DNA from: Cyanophyceae cyanobacterium
GTDB lineage: Bacteria; Cyanobacteriota; Cyanobacteriia; Cyanobacteriales; Laspinemataceae
DNA: 47,940 bases
Direction: 5' to 3'
NCBI GenBank assembly: GCA_038321985.1
Contig: JBBQFN010000037.1
Span: 1-47,940, forward strand
Positions 28,423 to 38,463 of the stretch are shown piece after piece (position 1 is the stretch's first letter; every line of letters begins with the position of its first letter). Under the pieces are notes generated by a model. The model had not been told where the DNA came from. It made no database searches and was given only the letters and a program-made list of their open reading frames with translations. A program made the translations under genes and the position numbers.

Positions 28423-28839
28423 TTATTCGCCCTGAATATGCACTACTAATTCTCGATAATGACCTTGTTGCCGGTGTTCCCAAATATAAATTCCCTGCCA
28501 GGTTCCAAGCACTAACCGACCTCGATTAATCGGAATTTGCTCGGAAGTGTGGGTGAGGGCGGTGCGAATGTGGGCCGGCATATCATCGGGACCTTCGGTA
28601 CTATGGCGGTAGCGACGCTGTTCCGGGACCAAATCGGCAAAGAAATGTTGTAAATCTTCTAATACATCGGGGTCGGCATTTTCTTGGAGTAATAAGCTAG
28701 CGGAAGTATGGCGGAGGAAGAGGGTACATAAGCCGGTTTGAACCCCGGACTTTGTAACCACTTCTTCGACTTTGTTCGTGACTTTAGAGAGGGATTTTCC
28801 GGTGGTTTTAAGTTGGAGTGTTTGTTGATGGTAAGTCAT
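28423..28839 (-). CDS. yjbQ: YjbQ/UPF0047 family protein
   Basis: HTSASL, ENADPDV, EGPDDMPAHI, LGTWQGI. Confidence 0.92.
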   Translation of the reverse strand: MTYHQQTLQLKTTGKSLSKVTNKVEEVVTKSGVQTGLCTLFLRHTSASLLLQENADPDVLEDLQHFFADLVPEQRRYRHSTEGPDDMPAHIRTALTHTSEQIPINRGRLVLGTWQGIYIWEHRQQGHYRELVVHIQGE

Positions 28840-28861
28840 AGGAACTAAAGAAATAAAGGAT

Positions 28862-29986
28862 TTAAAGTTGAGAAGAGGATTGGGTTTGGAAATAATCCAC
28901 TACAGCCTGGGCGATCGCTTCGGTACCATTTTTGAGCAAGGGATCCGTCTGTTGCGGGAGTTGCAGGTTTTCTCGTAAAAAGTCCCAGTTGCCCTCAAAA
29001 AACTCTGCGGAGGTGACAATTCTATGATAAGAATGCTGTTGAATTCCAGCAAGTAATAAAGGGGATTCGGCGAAGCCTTCTCGGGTGATGGAAATAATCG
29101 GCACATTTTGGCGACAGGCTTCTGAAAAGGTGCTAAATCCGGGTTTGGAAACGACTCGTCCACAAACCGGCATAAAATCTACGGGACGAATGCGATCGCC
29201 GTTGAGTTGATTGGGAACTTTAACTAAGTTGGGAAGGTCCGGCGCATTGCGATCGAAACTGATAAATTGCCAGTCGGTAAAATGTTGCAAATTATGATAG
29301 GGAATTTGTTCTAGTCCCAATCCGCCAAAGGTGAGTAAAATAGTTTTTTCTGGAGGGGATTTTAAACCCCATTCCTGGCGCAGGGTTTCCGGTGAATACC
29401 GGGGAGTTCCGCCCGTTAATCCCACATCAGTGATTGTCCCAAAAGCACTCATGGGTTCGTGGAAAGGGAGACGAAATAGGCAGTCGCACTGACTGAAACA
29501 CTCAGCAATCCAATCCGCAACCGCTTCAAATTCTCCTCCCCAAGGACGATAAATAAAGTCCCAGCCGAAATTGCTCATCATCCAGATGGGAATCCCTGCG
29601 GCTTTAGCAATAGTTGCCGCTAATGGGGGAATATCAGCCAAAATTAATCCCACCCGATTTAGATGGATAAAATTAACTTCCCCAGCGGCGATCGCATATT
29701 GGCGCTTACGAATTTCCTGCAATTTTTCTAAGGTTGCTGCTTTATCCATTTTCAAGCTATCTGCCTGAATTACTCCTACATCTAAAGCCCTTTCGCGTAG
29801 GATAAAATCGCCCGAAATATAACTCTCCAGTAACCAACGGGGTGCCGTCGTCACTAAAATTAAGAGAATTTCTGGATTTAGCTTTTGAATTTCTGCCGCA
29901 ACCGAGGCGGCACGCACTGCATGACCAAAACCATGATTGGTAATGGCAATATAAAGAACGGGTCGAGTTTTCACGAACAGTGTCAA
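28862..29986 (-). CDS. Glycosyltransferase (GT-B fold)
   Basis: HGFGHAVR, NFGWDFIY, SKPGFSTFSEA. Confidence 0.85.
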   Translation of the reverse strand: MTLFVKTRPVLYIAITNHGFGHAVRAASVAAEIQKLNPEILLILVTTAPRWLLESYISGDFILRERALDVGVIQADSLKMDKAATLEKLQEIRKRQYAIAAGEVNFIHLNRVGLILADIPPLAATIAKAAGIPIWMMSNFGWDFIYRPWGGEFEAVADWIAECFSQCDCLFRLPFHEPMSAFGTITDVGLTGGTPRYSPETLRQEWGLKSPPEKTILLTFGGLGLEQIPYHNLQHFTDWQFISFDRNAPDLPNLVKVPNQLNGDRIRPVDFMPVCGRVVSKPGFSTFSEACRQNVPIISITREGFAESPLLLAGIQQHSYHRIVTSAEFFEGNWDFLRENLQLPQQTDPLLKNGTEAIAQAVVDYFQTQSSSQL

Positions 29987-30020
29987 GTAGAAAATAACAA
30001 GGGGATAAACCCGAAATATC

Positions 30021-30052
30021 CCGTAGAGACACGAACTATCGCATCTCTACGG
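30021..30052. repeat. GTAG-type REP-like palindrome
   Basis: CCGTAGAGA-N14-TCTCTACGG. Confidence 0.6.
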
Positions 30053-30165
30053 ACCGCCTCGGTATTTAGAGGTTAAGACAATTTTAGCCTATTTTTCTCA
30101 ACTCGCTAAAAATTAAGCTAAAGATGAGGTAGGCTTTCTGCTATTTCGTAACCGTTTGAACTCGA

Positions 30166-31368
30166 TTACATTTGTTGACAATAATCTTGTATTCCCTCAA
30201 TTATTCGCTCAATTTCTGAATCTAAAGTCCAGTAATGAACGCAAGCGCGAACACAATCCGGCTGAAGAATAGTCCGAACCATGACCTGATGTTCTTTTTC
30301 TAAGAATTTTACCAATTTGTCATGACTTGCCCCAGATTTTAGTAAAGATTCCCCAAACTGAAATGAGACTAATCCAGCGTCGGGGGAAGTAGATTTTAAA
30401 CAACTAATATCCGGCAAGTTTCGGAGTTTAGTCCAGAGTTGATGACTTAAGGCTTGGAGGCGATTGTAGCGTTCTTGAGGGGTTCCAATCGCGTGATGAA
30501 AAGCGACTGCATTTCGCAATCCGGCTAATAAGGGATAAGCAGAAGTTGCTATTTCAAAGCGCCGTCCATCCGGCTTAAACCCCATCCATTCTCCTGTTAA
30601 ATTAACGGTAATACCACGCCAACCGATAAAGGTAGGATGGAGACTTTCAGAGGCATCGGGGCTGACATACAATCCCCCTAATCCCTCGGGTCCGCACCAC
30701 CATTTATGGCCCGTAAAGGCATAAAAATCAACCCCAATGTCAGCTAAATTCAGAGGTAAAACACCCACAGATTGAGCGGCATCAACGAGAACTCGAATTT
30801 TTTTCTGTGGGGTAGAATTTTGGCTGAATTCGTGGCAAACTTTGACGATATCAGCTAGGGGTAAAACTTGTCCGGTATTCCAAAGTATATGACTAACAAC
30901 TACTAACCGAGTGTTTGGGTGAAGATGGGAGGCGATCGCCAAAATGGGATTCCCCTCATTTAAGGTTTCCATCAAAGGGCAAATGGAGACTTGTAAATCA
31001 AAGCGGCGGGCGAGTTCATCTACGGCAGCGATAATTCCCGGGTGTTCGCAGTCGCCAATTAAAATGCGATCGCCCGGTTGCCAGTCTAAACCCCACAGGG
31101 GAATATTGCATCCAGTTGAGACATTTTCAGTCAGGGTAATGGTATCCGGTGTGACCCCCAGTTCCGAGGCGATCACCTGTCGAGTTTCGGCGATTTCTAT
31201 ATTCACCCAGAGTCCTGCTTCTCCACTAAAAGGTCCTTTTTCTTGAATAGTTTGATAGGATTGATAAATGGCGGTTAATGCCGATTGGGGCATCGGTCCT
31301 TGTCCGCCATAGTTAAAATAGGCTTTATTCTGTAAACCGGGAAATTGCTGGCGATCGGCTTCTTTCAA
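30166..31368 (-). CDS. Class V PLP enzyme (L-cysteine/cystine lyase, C-DES-like)
   Basis: YFNYGGQGP, SHILWNTG, VDAAQSVG, FTGHKWWCGP. Confidence 0.9.
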   Translation of the reverse strand: MKEADRQQFPGLQNKAYFNYGGQGPMPQSALTAIYQSYQTIQEKGPFSGEAGLWVNIEIAETRQVIASELGVTPDTITLTENVSTGCNIPLWGLDWQPGDRILIGDCEHPGIIAAVDELARRFDLQVSICPLMETLNEGNPILAIASHLHPNTRLVVVSHILWNTGQVLPLADIVKVCHEFSQNSTPQKKIRVLVDAAQSVGVLPLNLADIGVDFYAFTGHKWWCGPEGLGGLYVSPDASESLHPTFIGWRGITVNLTGEWMGFKPDGRRFEIATSAYPLLAGLRNAVAFHHAIGTPQERYNRLQALSHQLWTKLRNLPDISCLKSTSPDAGLVSFQFGESLLKSGASHDKLVKFLEKEHQVMVRTILQPDCVRACVHYWTLDSEIERIIEGIQDYCQQM

Positions 31369-31949
31369 ACTAATTTACCTCATTTTTGAAGTCAGGGTTT
31401 AAATGTAAAATTAATTTTACCAGACAACTGTAATTTATTATAATAACGTATTATTTAATTCATAAAAATAATAGAATTAAAAAGTAAAACTATTCTCTTT
31501 TTTTGCAGTCGGAAGGAAAACAAAAGCTCTCATATAAATAAAAATGATAAAATTCCTCTAAAAAATATTCTTCAATTTCACCTAAATTGTAAGGCTTTGT
31601 TAAAATTGCCCCAATACTAGGGAACCCCAGAATTCCCCTTGTCCATGCCAATCGGCTTTTTACAATTCGGAAAAAATCTATTATTTATATTCAAATAAAG
31701 CCAGACTAAAATTATAACTTTATCATAGCCCCAACCTTCTGGATGCGTTGATTTTATGCTCCCGTTCTGTCCGACCTGCCACCCCAGGGCTTGACTTAAA
31801 ATTGCCACAATGTCCTGAAAATGGCAAAATTTTAAAAGGGGTCAAGCCCTAGGGATTTCCATCATAGCCCTTGTCTCCCTCGGGGGTCCTGGCTGCTGAT
31901 TTTGTTTATTTTAAGATTATCCCCGACTCATTCTTGGTATGTTAAAGAT

Positions 31950-33440
31950 ATGCTGCTAACTGACGACCTTTTATTTGATTACCAACGCTGCGGGCGGCTG
32001 TCATTTCTCAACCTATATGGAGATGACAGTTATCAAGAGCCCGTGAGCGATTTTGCGACGAAGCTAAAACGAGATAGCGAGGTTTACCGCCAAAACGTTT
32101 TGGCAGAATACCCCTATCAACGCCCGAGTTATCCCTATGGAGACTGGGTAAAAGGTACGGAGGCAACTGTTGCGTTGATGAAACAGGGCGTCGATCGCAT
32201 TTATCAAGGAGTGCTGATGACTCCAGGACCCCAGGGAGTCACTCTGGTGAGTCGTCCTCATTTATTAATCCAGCAACCCGGGGCGTCAGTTTATGGCAAT
32301 TGGTCCTATATTCCGGTGGATATTCGCTTCAGTAAACGCCCAAAGGCGCAACATCAAATTATGACCGCATTTCACGCCCTGGTACTGGCTGAAGTCCAAG
32401 GGGCTTGGCCCCGGGATGCCGGGTTAATCTGCCGTGAAAAAGGCGAATATTGGGTGAATTTAGAGAAATATCTCCCCCAAATGCAGACGGTGTTAGACCA
32501 GTGCATTAAAATGTTAACTGAGCCAGAAGAACCGGAAGTTTTTATGGCACGACATCCCTGCGGTTTGTGCCAGTGGCATAACAGTTGTTATGCGATCGCC
32601 CGGGAGAAGCAGCACCTTTCCCTGTTACCCGGAGTTACACCTACTCGCTATCATCAATTAAAACAACTGAATCTTACAACATTAGAATCCCTCGCCCATG
32701 CCGATTTGCCCACCTTAGCGAATGGTCTTGTAGCGGTCTGCAATAATCAGTATGAACCCGAAAATGTTGCCCGGGATCTGATCTTACAAGCCCAGGCAAC
32801 GCTGACTAATCAACCCTTGGCTTTACCCCAACAATTGCCCCTTCCCCCTAGGTTTCTGCCGGTGTCTCCAGTTGAACTTTATTTTGATATCGAAGCTCAA
32901 CCGGAATTAGACTTAGATTTTCTGCTGGGAGTGTTAGTGGTTGATCGCCGTAATGTAGCCTCTGGAGAAGCACCTCAGCAAAAATTTTATTCGTTTTTAG
33001 CAGAAACTCCCGAAGAAGAATTTCACATTTGGGAGCAGTTTTTAGAATTAATCTGGACTTATCCCATTGCCCCAATTTTTCATTTTTGTGACTATGAGAT
33101 TCAAACTCTCAAAAAACTTGCCCGCCGGTATCATACTCCCTCTCATCGATGGAAGGTTATCCTCAATCGGTTTGTTGATATGCATAAATTAGTAACAAAA
33201 TCCGTAGTAATGCCGGTGGAAAGTTATGCGCTCAAATCCATTGCACGTTATCTCGGTTTTGAGTGGCACGATGCGTTAGCGTCCGGTGCTCAATGTGTTT
33301 TTTGGTACGATCGCTGGTTAGAAACGGGCGATCGCAGTTACCTGGATTTGATTTTAACCTATAACGAAGATGACTGCATCGCTACCTTTGTACTCAAAGA
33401 ATGGTTGGTAAATTTTTCCCAAAATAGCATTTGTCTCTAA
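31950..33440 (+). CDS. TM0106 family RecB-like putative nuclease
   Basis: YQRCGR, CGLCQW...C, YFDIE, SYALKSIA, YNEDDC; ATG 31950 preferred over the ORF start at 31902. Confidence 0.88.
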   Translation: MLLTDDLLFDYQRCGRLSFLNLYGDDSYQEPVSDFATKLKRDSEVYRQNVLAEYPYQRPSYPYGDWVKGTEATVALMKQGVDRIYQGVLMTPGPQGVTLVSRPHLLIQQPGASVYGNWSYIPVDIRFSKRPKAQHQIMTAFHALVLAEVQGAWPRDAGLICREKGEYWVNLEKYLPQMQTVLDQCIKMLTEPEEPEVFMARHPCGLCQWHNSCYAIAREKQHLSLLPGVTPTRYHQLKQLNLTTLESLAHADLPTLANGLVAVCNNQYEPENVARDLILQAQATLTNQPLALPQQLPLPPRFLPVSPVELYFDIEAQPELDLDFLLGVLVVDRRNVASGEAPQQKFYSFLAETPEEEFHIWEQFLELIWTYPIAPIFHFCDYEIQTLKKLARRYHTPSHRWKVILNRFVDMHKLVTKSVVMPVESYALKSIARYLGFEWHDALASGAQCVFWYDRWLETGDRSYLDLILTYNEDDCIATFVLKEWLVNFSQNSICL

Positions 33441-33556
33441 TGGTTGAAGTGGTTATTTTTTTAAATTCAAATTCAGGGAAATTTTTTAATTTATGACAAG
33501 GAACTATGCCTGTTATTTTTCCTGTAAATTATTACCCTTAAACCTATCAAAAAATA

Positions 33557-34711
33557 ATGATTAGTTGGAAAAATAAGCAGGTTTTATCAATAATTTTCGG
33601 ATTATTTTCTCCTTTTTTCATGGGATGTCAACCCGAGACTCTCCGAGAATCAGTCCCTGGTCCTGCCAATTTACGGGCTTCTAATTCTGCCGAACCTGTT
33701 CCTTCTTCCCTGGAATATTTAGGAGAATTCAAACTCCCTACGGGATTAATTTTTCAGGATACTCCAATCGGCGGACTCTCGGGAATTACTTACGATTCAA
33801 AGCGTAATCTCTATTATGCCATATCCGACGATCGCGCGATTCAAGGACCCGCGAGATTTTACACCCTAAAAATCGAATTCAATCCCCTACTCGTTACCCC
33901 CGTAAGCGTTACTCCTTTGGTTGATTCAAATAATCGCCCTTTTCCCCCTTACAGTGTAGACATGGAAGGGATTGCTCTCACCAGTCGGGATACCCTATTT
34001 ATTTCATCTGAGGGAGATGTCGAAGAGGCGATTGCCCCTTTTATCAAGGAATTTTCCCGAGAAGGAAAAGAACTTAAAACCCTTCCCCTCCCTAATAAAT
34101 TTCTCCCCCAAAATGGACAAGGAATTCGCAATAATTTAGCCTTTGAAAATCTAACCTTAAGCCCCCGGGAACGCTTCCTTTACACCGCCCCGGAAAGTGC
34201 TTTAGTTCAAGATGGAAAACCCGCTGATTTAACTCAGGGGACTCCCATTCGCTTTCTGCAATATGATTTAGCAACAGAAGAGCCTCCCCGAGAATTTTAT
34301 TACCGAACAGAACGAGTCTTGACCGAACCTAAATCTCCCGAGGGATTTATGGTGCAGGGATTAGCCGAACTTCTCGCCTGGAATGAAACAAAATTGCTTT
34401 GTTTAGAACGGGGGTTTACTGAAGACGTAGGAACCACGGTTTTATTGTATGAAATTTCCCTGGACAATGCGAAGGATATTCAAGGGATAGAGAGTTTAAA
34501 TAATCCAGAAATGAGTCAGTTTCAGCCGCTGCAAAAACGGCTTTTGCTTGACTTACGAAACTTAAATATTCCCCTAGATAACTTAGAGGGAATGACTTTC
34601 GGTCCAAACTTGCCCGATGGAAGGCGATCGCTAATTTTGGTAAGCGATAATAATTTTAATCCTTTGCAAGTGACCCAGTTTTTAATCTTTGCAATCACCT
34701 TAGAAGAATAA
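33557..34711 (+). CDS. Esterase-like/phytase-like family lipoprotein
   Basis: Lipobox-like FMGC, GGLSGI, ISDD, DNLEG, LVSDNNF. Confidence 0.85.
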   Translation: MISWKNKQVLSIIFGLFSPFFMGCQPETLRESVPGPANLRASNSAEPVPSSLEYLGEFKLPTGLIFQDTPIGGLSGITYDSKRNLYYAISDDRAIQGPARFYTLKIEFNPLLVTPVSVTPLVDSNNRPFPPYSVDMEGIALTSRDTLFISSEGDVEEAIAPFIKEFSREGKELKTLPLPNKFLPQNGQGIRNNLAFENLTLSPRERFLYTAPESALVQDGKPADLTQGTPIRFLQYDLATEEPPREFYYRTERVLTEPKSPEGFMVQGLAELLAWNETKLLCLERGFTEDVGTTVLLYEISLDNAKDIQGIESLNNPEMSQFQPLQKRLLLDLRNLNIPLDNLEGMTFGPNLPDGRRSLILVSDNNFNPLQVTQFLIFAITLEE

Positions 34712-34752
34712 AGGCGACTCGTGGACAAATTTAGGCCCAATCTTCGATACCT

Positions 34753-35313
34753 TCACAACCCAACTTCATCATAAATTTCTGAAAGGGACAGTTGTAATCC
34801 AACGGACTGTAACTCAAGGATATCGTCCGAGTAAAGGGTTTCTAAATTCCAATTGCCGCGATCGCCTCGTCGATATATCTCAATCTTCTTTTCTGTTTGT
34901 GACACCAACAGATACTCTTGAAGACTATCTAACTCCCGATAATTCATACATTTTTCTTGACGGTCTATTCGTTCGGTACTGGGGGAAAGCACCTCAACAA
35001 TTAAACAGGGGGATTCTAGAAAATACTTTTCCTGGTCCTGGGGATTACAGGTAACCGAAACATCTGGATAATAAAATAAATCTAGTTGTCTGATTCTGAC
35101 TTTCATATTGCCAGAGAATACCTGACACCCACCGTTTTTAAGATGTATCCGCAGAGCCATATAAATATTACCCGAAATCAAATCGTGTTCTCGGCTACCT
35201 CCAGACATGGCATACACTTGACCCTGAATGTACTCGTGATGAATGTCGCTGAGTTCTTCATAGTGCAGATATTCTTCGACAGTCAGAACAGATTTTAATG
35301 CTTGATTAGACAT
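34753..35313 (-). CDS. Uma2 family endonuclease
   Basis: HEYIQGQVYAMSGGS, YPDVSVTC, VEVLSPST. Confidence 0.92.
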   Translation of the reverse strand: MSNQALKSVLTVEEYLHYEELSDIHHEYIQGQVYAMSGGSREHDLISGNIYMALRIHLKNGGCQVFSGNMKVRIRQLDLFYYPDVSVTCNPQDQEKYFLESPCLIVEVLSPSTERIDRQEKCMNYRELDSLQEYLLVSQTEKKIEIYRRGDRGNWNLETLYSDDILELQSVGLQLSLSEIYDEVGL

Positions 35314-35581
35314 AATTATTGCCTTAACTTGAGGATTTGAGGGGGTGATGGCGGGTTAAGGTGGCGATCGCCCCTGACTCTAGGATAAATCATCCCCTAG
35401 AGCCTCACCACAGCAGGAGATGGGGATTAAAAACCGTGTTTCTGTCCTAGATTTGGGGGAATCGGCACAGAGTGGGGAAAGAAACCCGGTTTCTGGCAAC
35501 AGCCACGGGTCCCCCCTGACTGGATATTGCCAAGCTGTAATCGACCTAAGCACAGGCTAAAAAACTTTTTTTTAAAAGGGG

Positions 35582-35610
35582 TTGACAAATCAAAAAGGAA
35601 CGTGCAAGAT
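35582..35610 (+). promoter_or_regulatory. Probable promoter of tRNA-Asp
   Basis: TTGACA at 35582-35587 after an AT-rich tract; weak -10 CAAGAT 17 nt downstream. Confidence 0.5.
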
Positions 35611-35628
35611 ATAAAAGGCTCAAGGAAA

Positions 35629-35702
35629 GGGACTGTAGTTCAATTGGTTAGAGCACCGCCCTGTCACGGCGGAAGTTGCGGGTTCGAGCCCCGTCAGTCC
35701 CG
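35629..35702 (+). tRNA. trnD: tRNA-Asp (GTC)
   Basis: GGGACTG/CAGTCCC acceptor stem, anticodon arm CCGCC-CTGTCAC-GGCGG, GGTTCGAGCCC T-arm; CCA not encoded. Confidence 0.97.
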
Positions 35703-35796
35703 TTTAGAATATGAATCAGGTTACACGCTGTGCTTTCCTAATAGTAGGATGTACAGCGTGTCTCCGTATCAACGAAGTTAACCTGAGAAAATAACT

Positions 35797-37743
35797 GTGA
35801 CTGTTCGCGTGAGAATAGCTCCCAGTCCTACTGGGAATTTACATATTGGGACAGCTAGAACGGCTGTCTTTAACTGGTTGTTTGCCCGCCATCAAGGGGG
35901 CCAGTTCATTTTGCGGATTGAGGATACCGACGAAGAGCGATCGCGCCCGGAGTTCACCCAAAATATCCTGGATGGGCTCACCTGGCTCGGTTTGAACTGG
36001 GATGCAGGGCCGATTTATCAGTCCAAGCGTCTCGACCTCTACCGGGAACGGGTGAAAACCCTGATGGATAAGGGTTTGGCTTATCGGTGCTACACCACCG
36101 CCGAAGAACTCGACGAAATGAGGGAAGCCCAAAAAGCGCGGAATGAAGCCCCACGGTACGATAATCGTCACCGCAATCTGACGGTGGGCGAAATCGCCAA
36201 ATTTGAAACCGAAGGACGGCCCTCGGTGATTCGGTTCAAAATTGAAGACGATCGCGAGATTGTCTGGAACGACTTAGTACGCGGTGAAGTATCCTGGCGG
36301 GGAAGCGACCTCGGCGGCGATATGGTAATCGCCCGGGGTGCCAGTGGTGCCGGAATCGGAATGCCGCTGTACAACCTCGCGGTTGTCGTCGATGACATTG
36401 ACATGAGAATCACCCAAGTCATCCGAGGGGAAGATCATATTGCGAATACGGCTAAACAAATTCTGCTTTACGAAGCATTTGGCGTCGCCGTCCCCGAGTT
36501 TGCCCATACCCCGCTGATTTTGGATATTTCCGGCAAAAAACTCTCAAAACGAGATAACGTGACCGGCATCTCCGAATTTCAGGCTATGGGATTCCTCCCC
36601 GAAGCCTTGGTCAACTATATGACCTTGCTGGGATGGTCCCCGCCGGATAATCAGGAACTTTTTACCCTGGATGAGGCGGCGCAGCAGTTTAGCTTCGATC
36701 GCGTGAATAAAGCAGGGGCCAAATTTGACTGGGATAAACTGGACTGGATTAATAGCCAGTACCTGCACCAAATGTCCCCCTCCAACCTCACCGATAAATT
36801 GATTCCGGTGTGGCAAGCGGCGGGATATCCGGTAGATCCCGAAGGCACTCGCCCTTGGTTGGAACAACTCTCAGCATTAATTGGTCCGAGTTTAACTCGC
36901 TTGACTGATGCAGTCGAACTCAGCCGGATGTTCTTTGTTGATGAGGTAGAACTCAGCGAGGAAGCAGCAGCCGAACTGGAAAAAGAGGGAGCCTCCCAGG
37001 TTCTCGAAACGGTAATCGGACATTTAAAAAGTCACGAAAGCCTGACAGCAACGGATGCCCAAGACATCATCAAACAGGTCACCAAACAGCTCAATGTCAA
37101 AAAAGGGCTAGTGATGCGATCGCTGCGGGCCGGATTAACCGGCGAACTGCACGGTCCTGACCTGATACAATCTTGGGTATTACTTTATCAGCGGGAGCTC
37201 GACAAAACGCGCCTGCACAAAGTCTTAAAGGTTGACGAACAAGAGGGTAGTACCTTGACTCAAAATCCTGAACCAGAAACACCCCAAGACAAGATGGTGG
37301 TAGAAATTTCCACTTCAGAACGACCTGTAGATGAGATTCCGGACTCACCGACTGTCCCAGCGCCTTCAACCGCTGCGGTGACGACAGGAATCCCAGATGT
37401 ACAGGCTACGGAGGACCAGTTAGAACGGATCGGCAAACAAGTTCGCCAAATCCTTTCTTATTTACCGGATTACGTGACTGGGTTTGTTAAAGAGAACCAA
37501 AGACCCTTAACCACCGTTGGTTTACTAATCGCGGCTTTGGTTTCTCTAAGAGTGTTGGTTGCGGTTTTGGAAGTGCTTAATGGCATTCCCTTAGTACAAC
37601 CTACCTTTGAAATCGTTGGTATGGCTTACTCTGGCTGGTTTATTTATCGGTATTTACTCAGTGCCGCGACTCGCCAAGAGTTGTCTGCCAAAGTGGAGGA
37701 AATCAAAGAACAAATTACGGGGAACCATTCCCCCAACCCCTAG
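35797..37743 (+). CDS. gltX: Glutamate--tRNA ligase with C-terminal CAAD (CURT1-like) membrane domain
   Basis: [17 protein letters not shown]; acidic linker, then two TM helices (VLNGIPL...[14 protein letters not shown]...RQEL). Confidence 0.96.
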   Translation: MTVRVRIAPSPTGNLHIGTARTAVFNWLFARHQGGQFILRIEDTDEERSRPEFTQNILDGLTWLGLNWDAGPIYQSKRLDLYRERVKTLMDKGLAYRCYTTAEELDEMREAQKARNEAPRYDNRHRNLTVGEIAKFETEGRPSVIRFKIEDDREIVWNDLVRGEVSWRGSDLGGDMVIARGASGAGIGMPLYNLAVVVDDIDMRITQVIRGEDHIANTAKQILLYEAFGVAVPEFAHTPLILDISGKKLSKRDNVTGISEFQAMGFLPEALVNYMTLLGWSPPDNQELFTLDEAAQQFSFDRVNKAGAKFDWDKLDWINSQYLHQMSPSNLTDKLIPVWQAAGYPVDPEGTRPWLEQLSALIGPSLTRLTDAVELSRMFFVDEVELSEEAAAELEKEGASQVLETVIGHLKSHESLTATDAQDIIKQVTKQLNVKKGLVMRSLRAGLTGELHGPDLIQSWVLLYQRELDKTRLHKVLKVDEQEGSTLTQNPEPETPQDKMVVEISTSERPVDEIPDSPTVPAPSTAAVTTGIPDVQATEDQLERIGKQVRQILSYLPDYVTGFVKENQRPLTTVGLLIAALVSLRVLVAVLEVLNGIPLVQPTFEIVGMAYSGWFIYRYLLSAATRQELSAKVEEIKEQITGNHSPNP

Positions 37744-38463
37744 GGAATAGGACCGTCGGTTGAGGGTCCCAGCCGTGTCCTGACCCATCCCAGACTTATC
37801 CCAGGTTCTCCGTTGCCTTGAACATCAAAAGTTTCGTTCCACACACTCCTTTCAGCACGCTGGCAGGATGGGGACTAATCCCCAGGAGGGGCAGTAGACT
37901 GGACATCTAACTGTCCCCCCCGACTCTGCTAAGCAGCCTCGCCGTTCTAGGCATCAACCTGCCCGAGGGATTGGGAGAGTATGGGGGTAGTTTAAAAAAA
38001 ACCGATTGATACATCATTCTAAGATGGGCGCATTCCGGTGCGCCCATTCTTGCATTTTGGCGATCGCCCGGATTCCTGCCCGTTTCTCTACCTGTCTCCC
38101 CCGGTGACATAGCCCAATTGTGAAATAGTCTTAACATTACTTAAACTTACGGAACGGTTTCCCGAACTATTCCCCACTCCTAGGCCGAAACTGAGGGCTC
38201 AATTTCCCTGATTCTGAGGGGTTTTTAGCGACTTTTAGGCCAGTCAGTTGCATCGATCCTGATAATTAAGTTAAATTTGATTAAGATTCTGATCGGGATG
38301 GACAGTTTTATTCTATGCCGGGACTCCACCCCACAAGGTAGGAGCGGAAAGCGGATAGAACAAAACCCCCCGACTGCCATCCATCAACCAGGGTGGGTTT
38401 AATTACCACCTATTTGCTTTTAATCTCAATGTCTGAATTTGTATCTAGAGGCCACCGCATCTT

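Noticed and set aside
35430..35494. AGAAACCCGGTTTCT-type short palindromes (also ATGGGCGCA/TGCGCCCAT at 38024-38047)
   Set aside because: Ordinary dispersed intergenic repeats of filamentous cyanobacteria; nothing locus-specific
35629..35702. tRNA-Asp as an island integration site
   Set aside because: No duplicated tRNA 3' end or integrase seen; followed directly by gltX
35527..35781. 84-aa ORF
   Set aside because: Overlaps tRNA-Asp and its promoter
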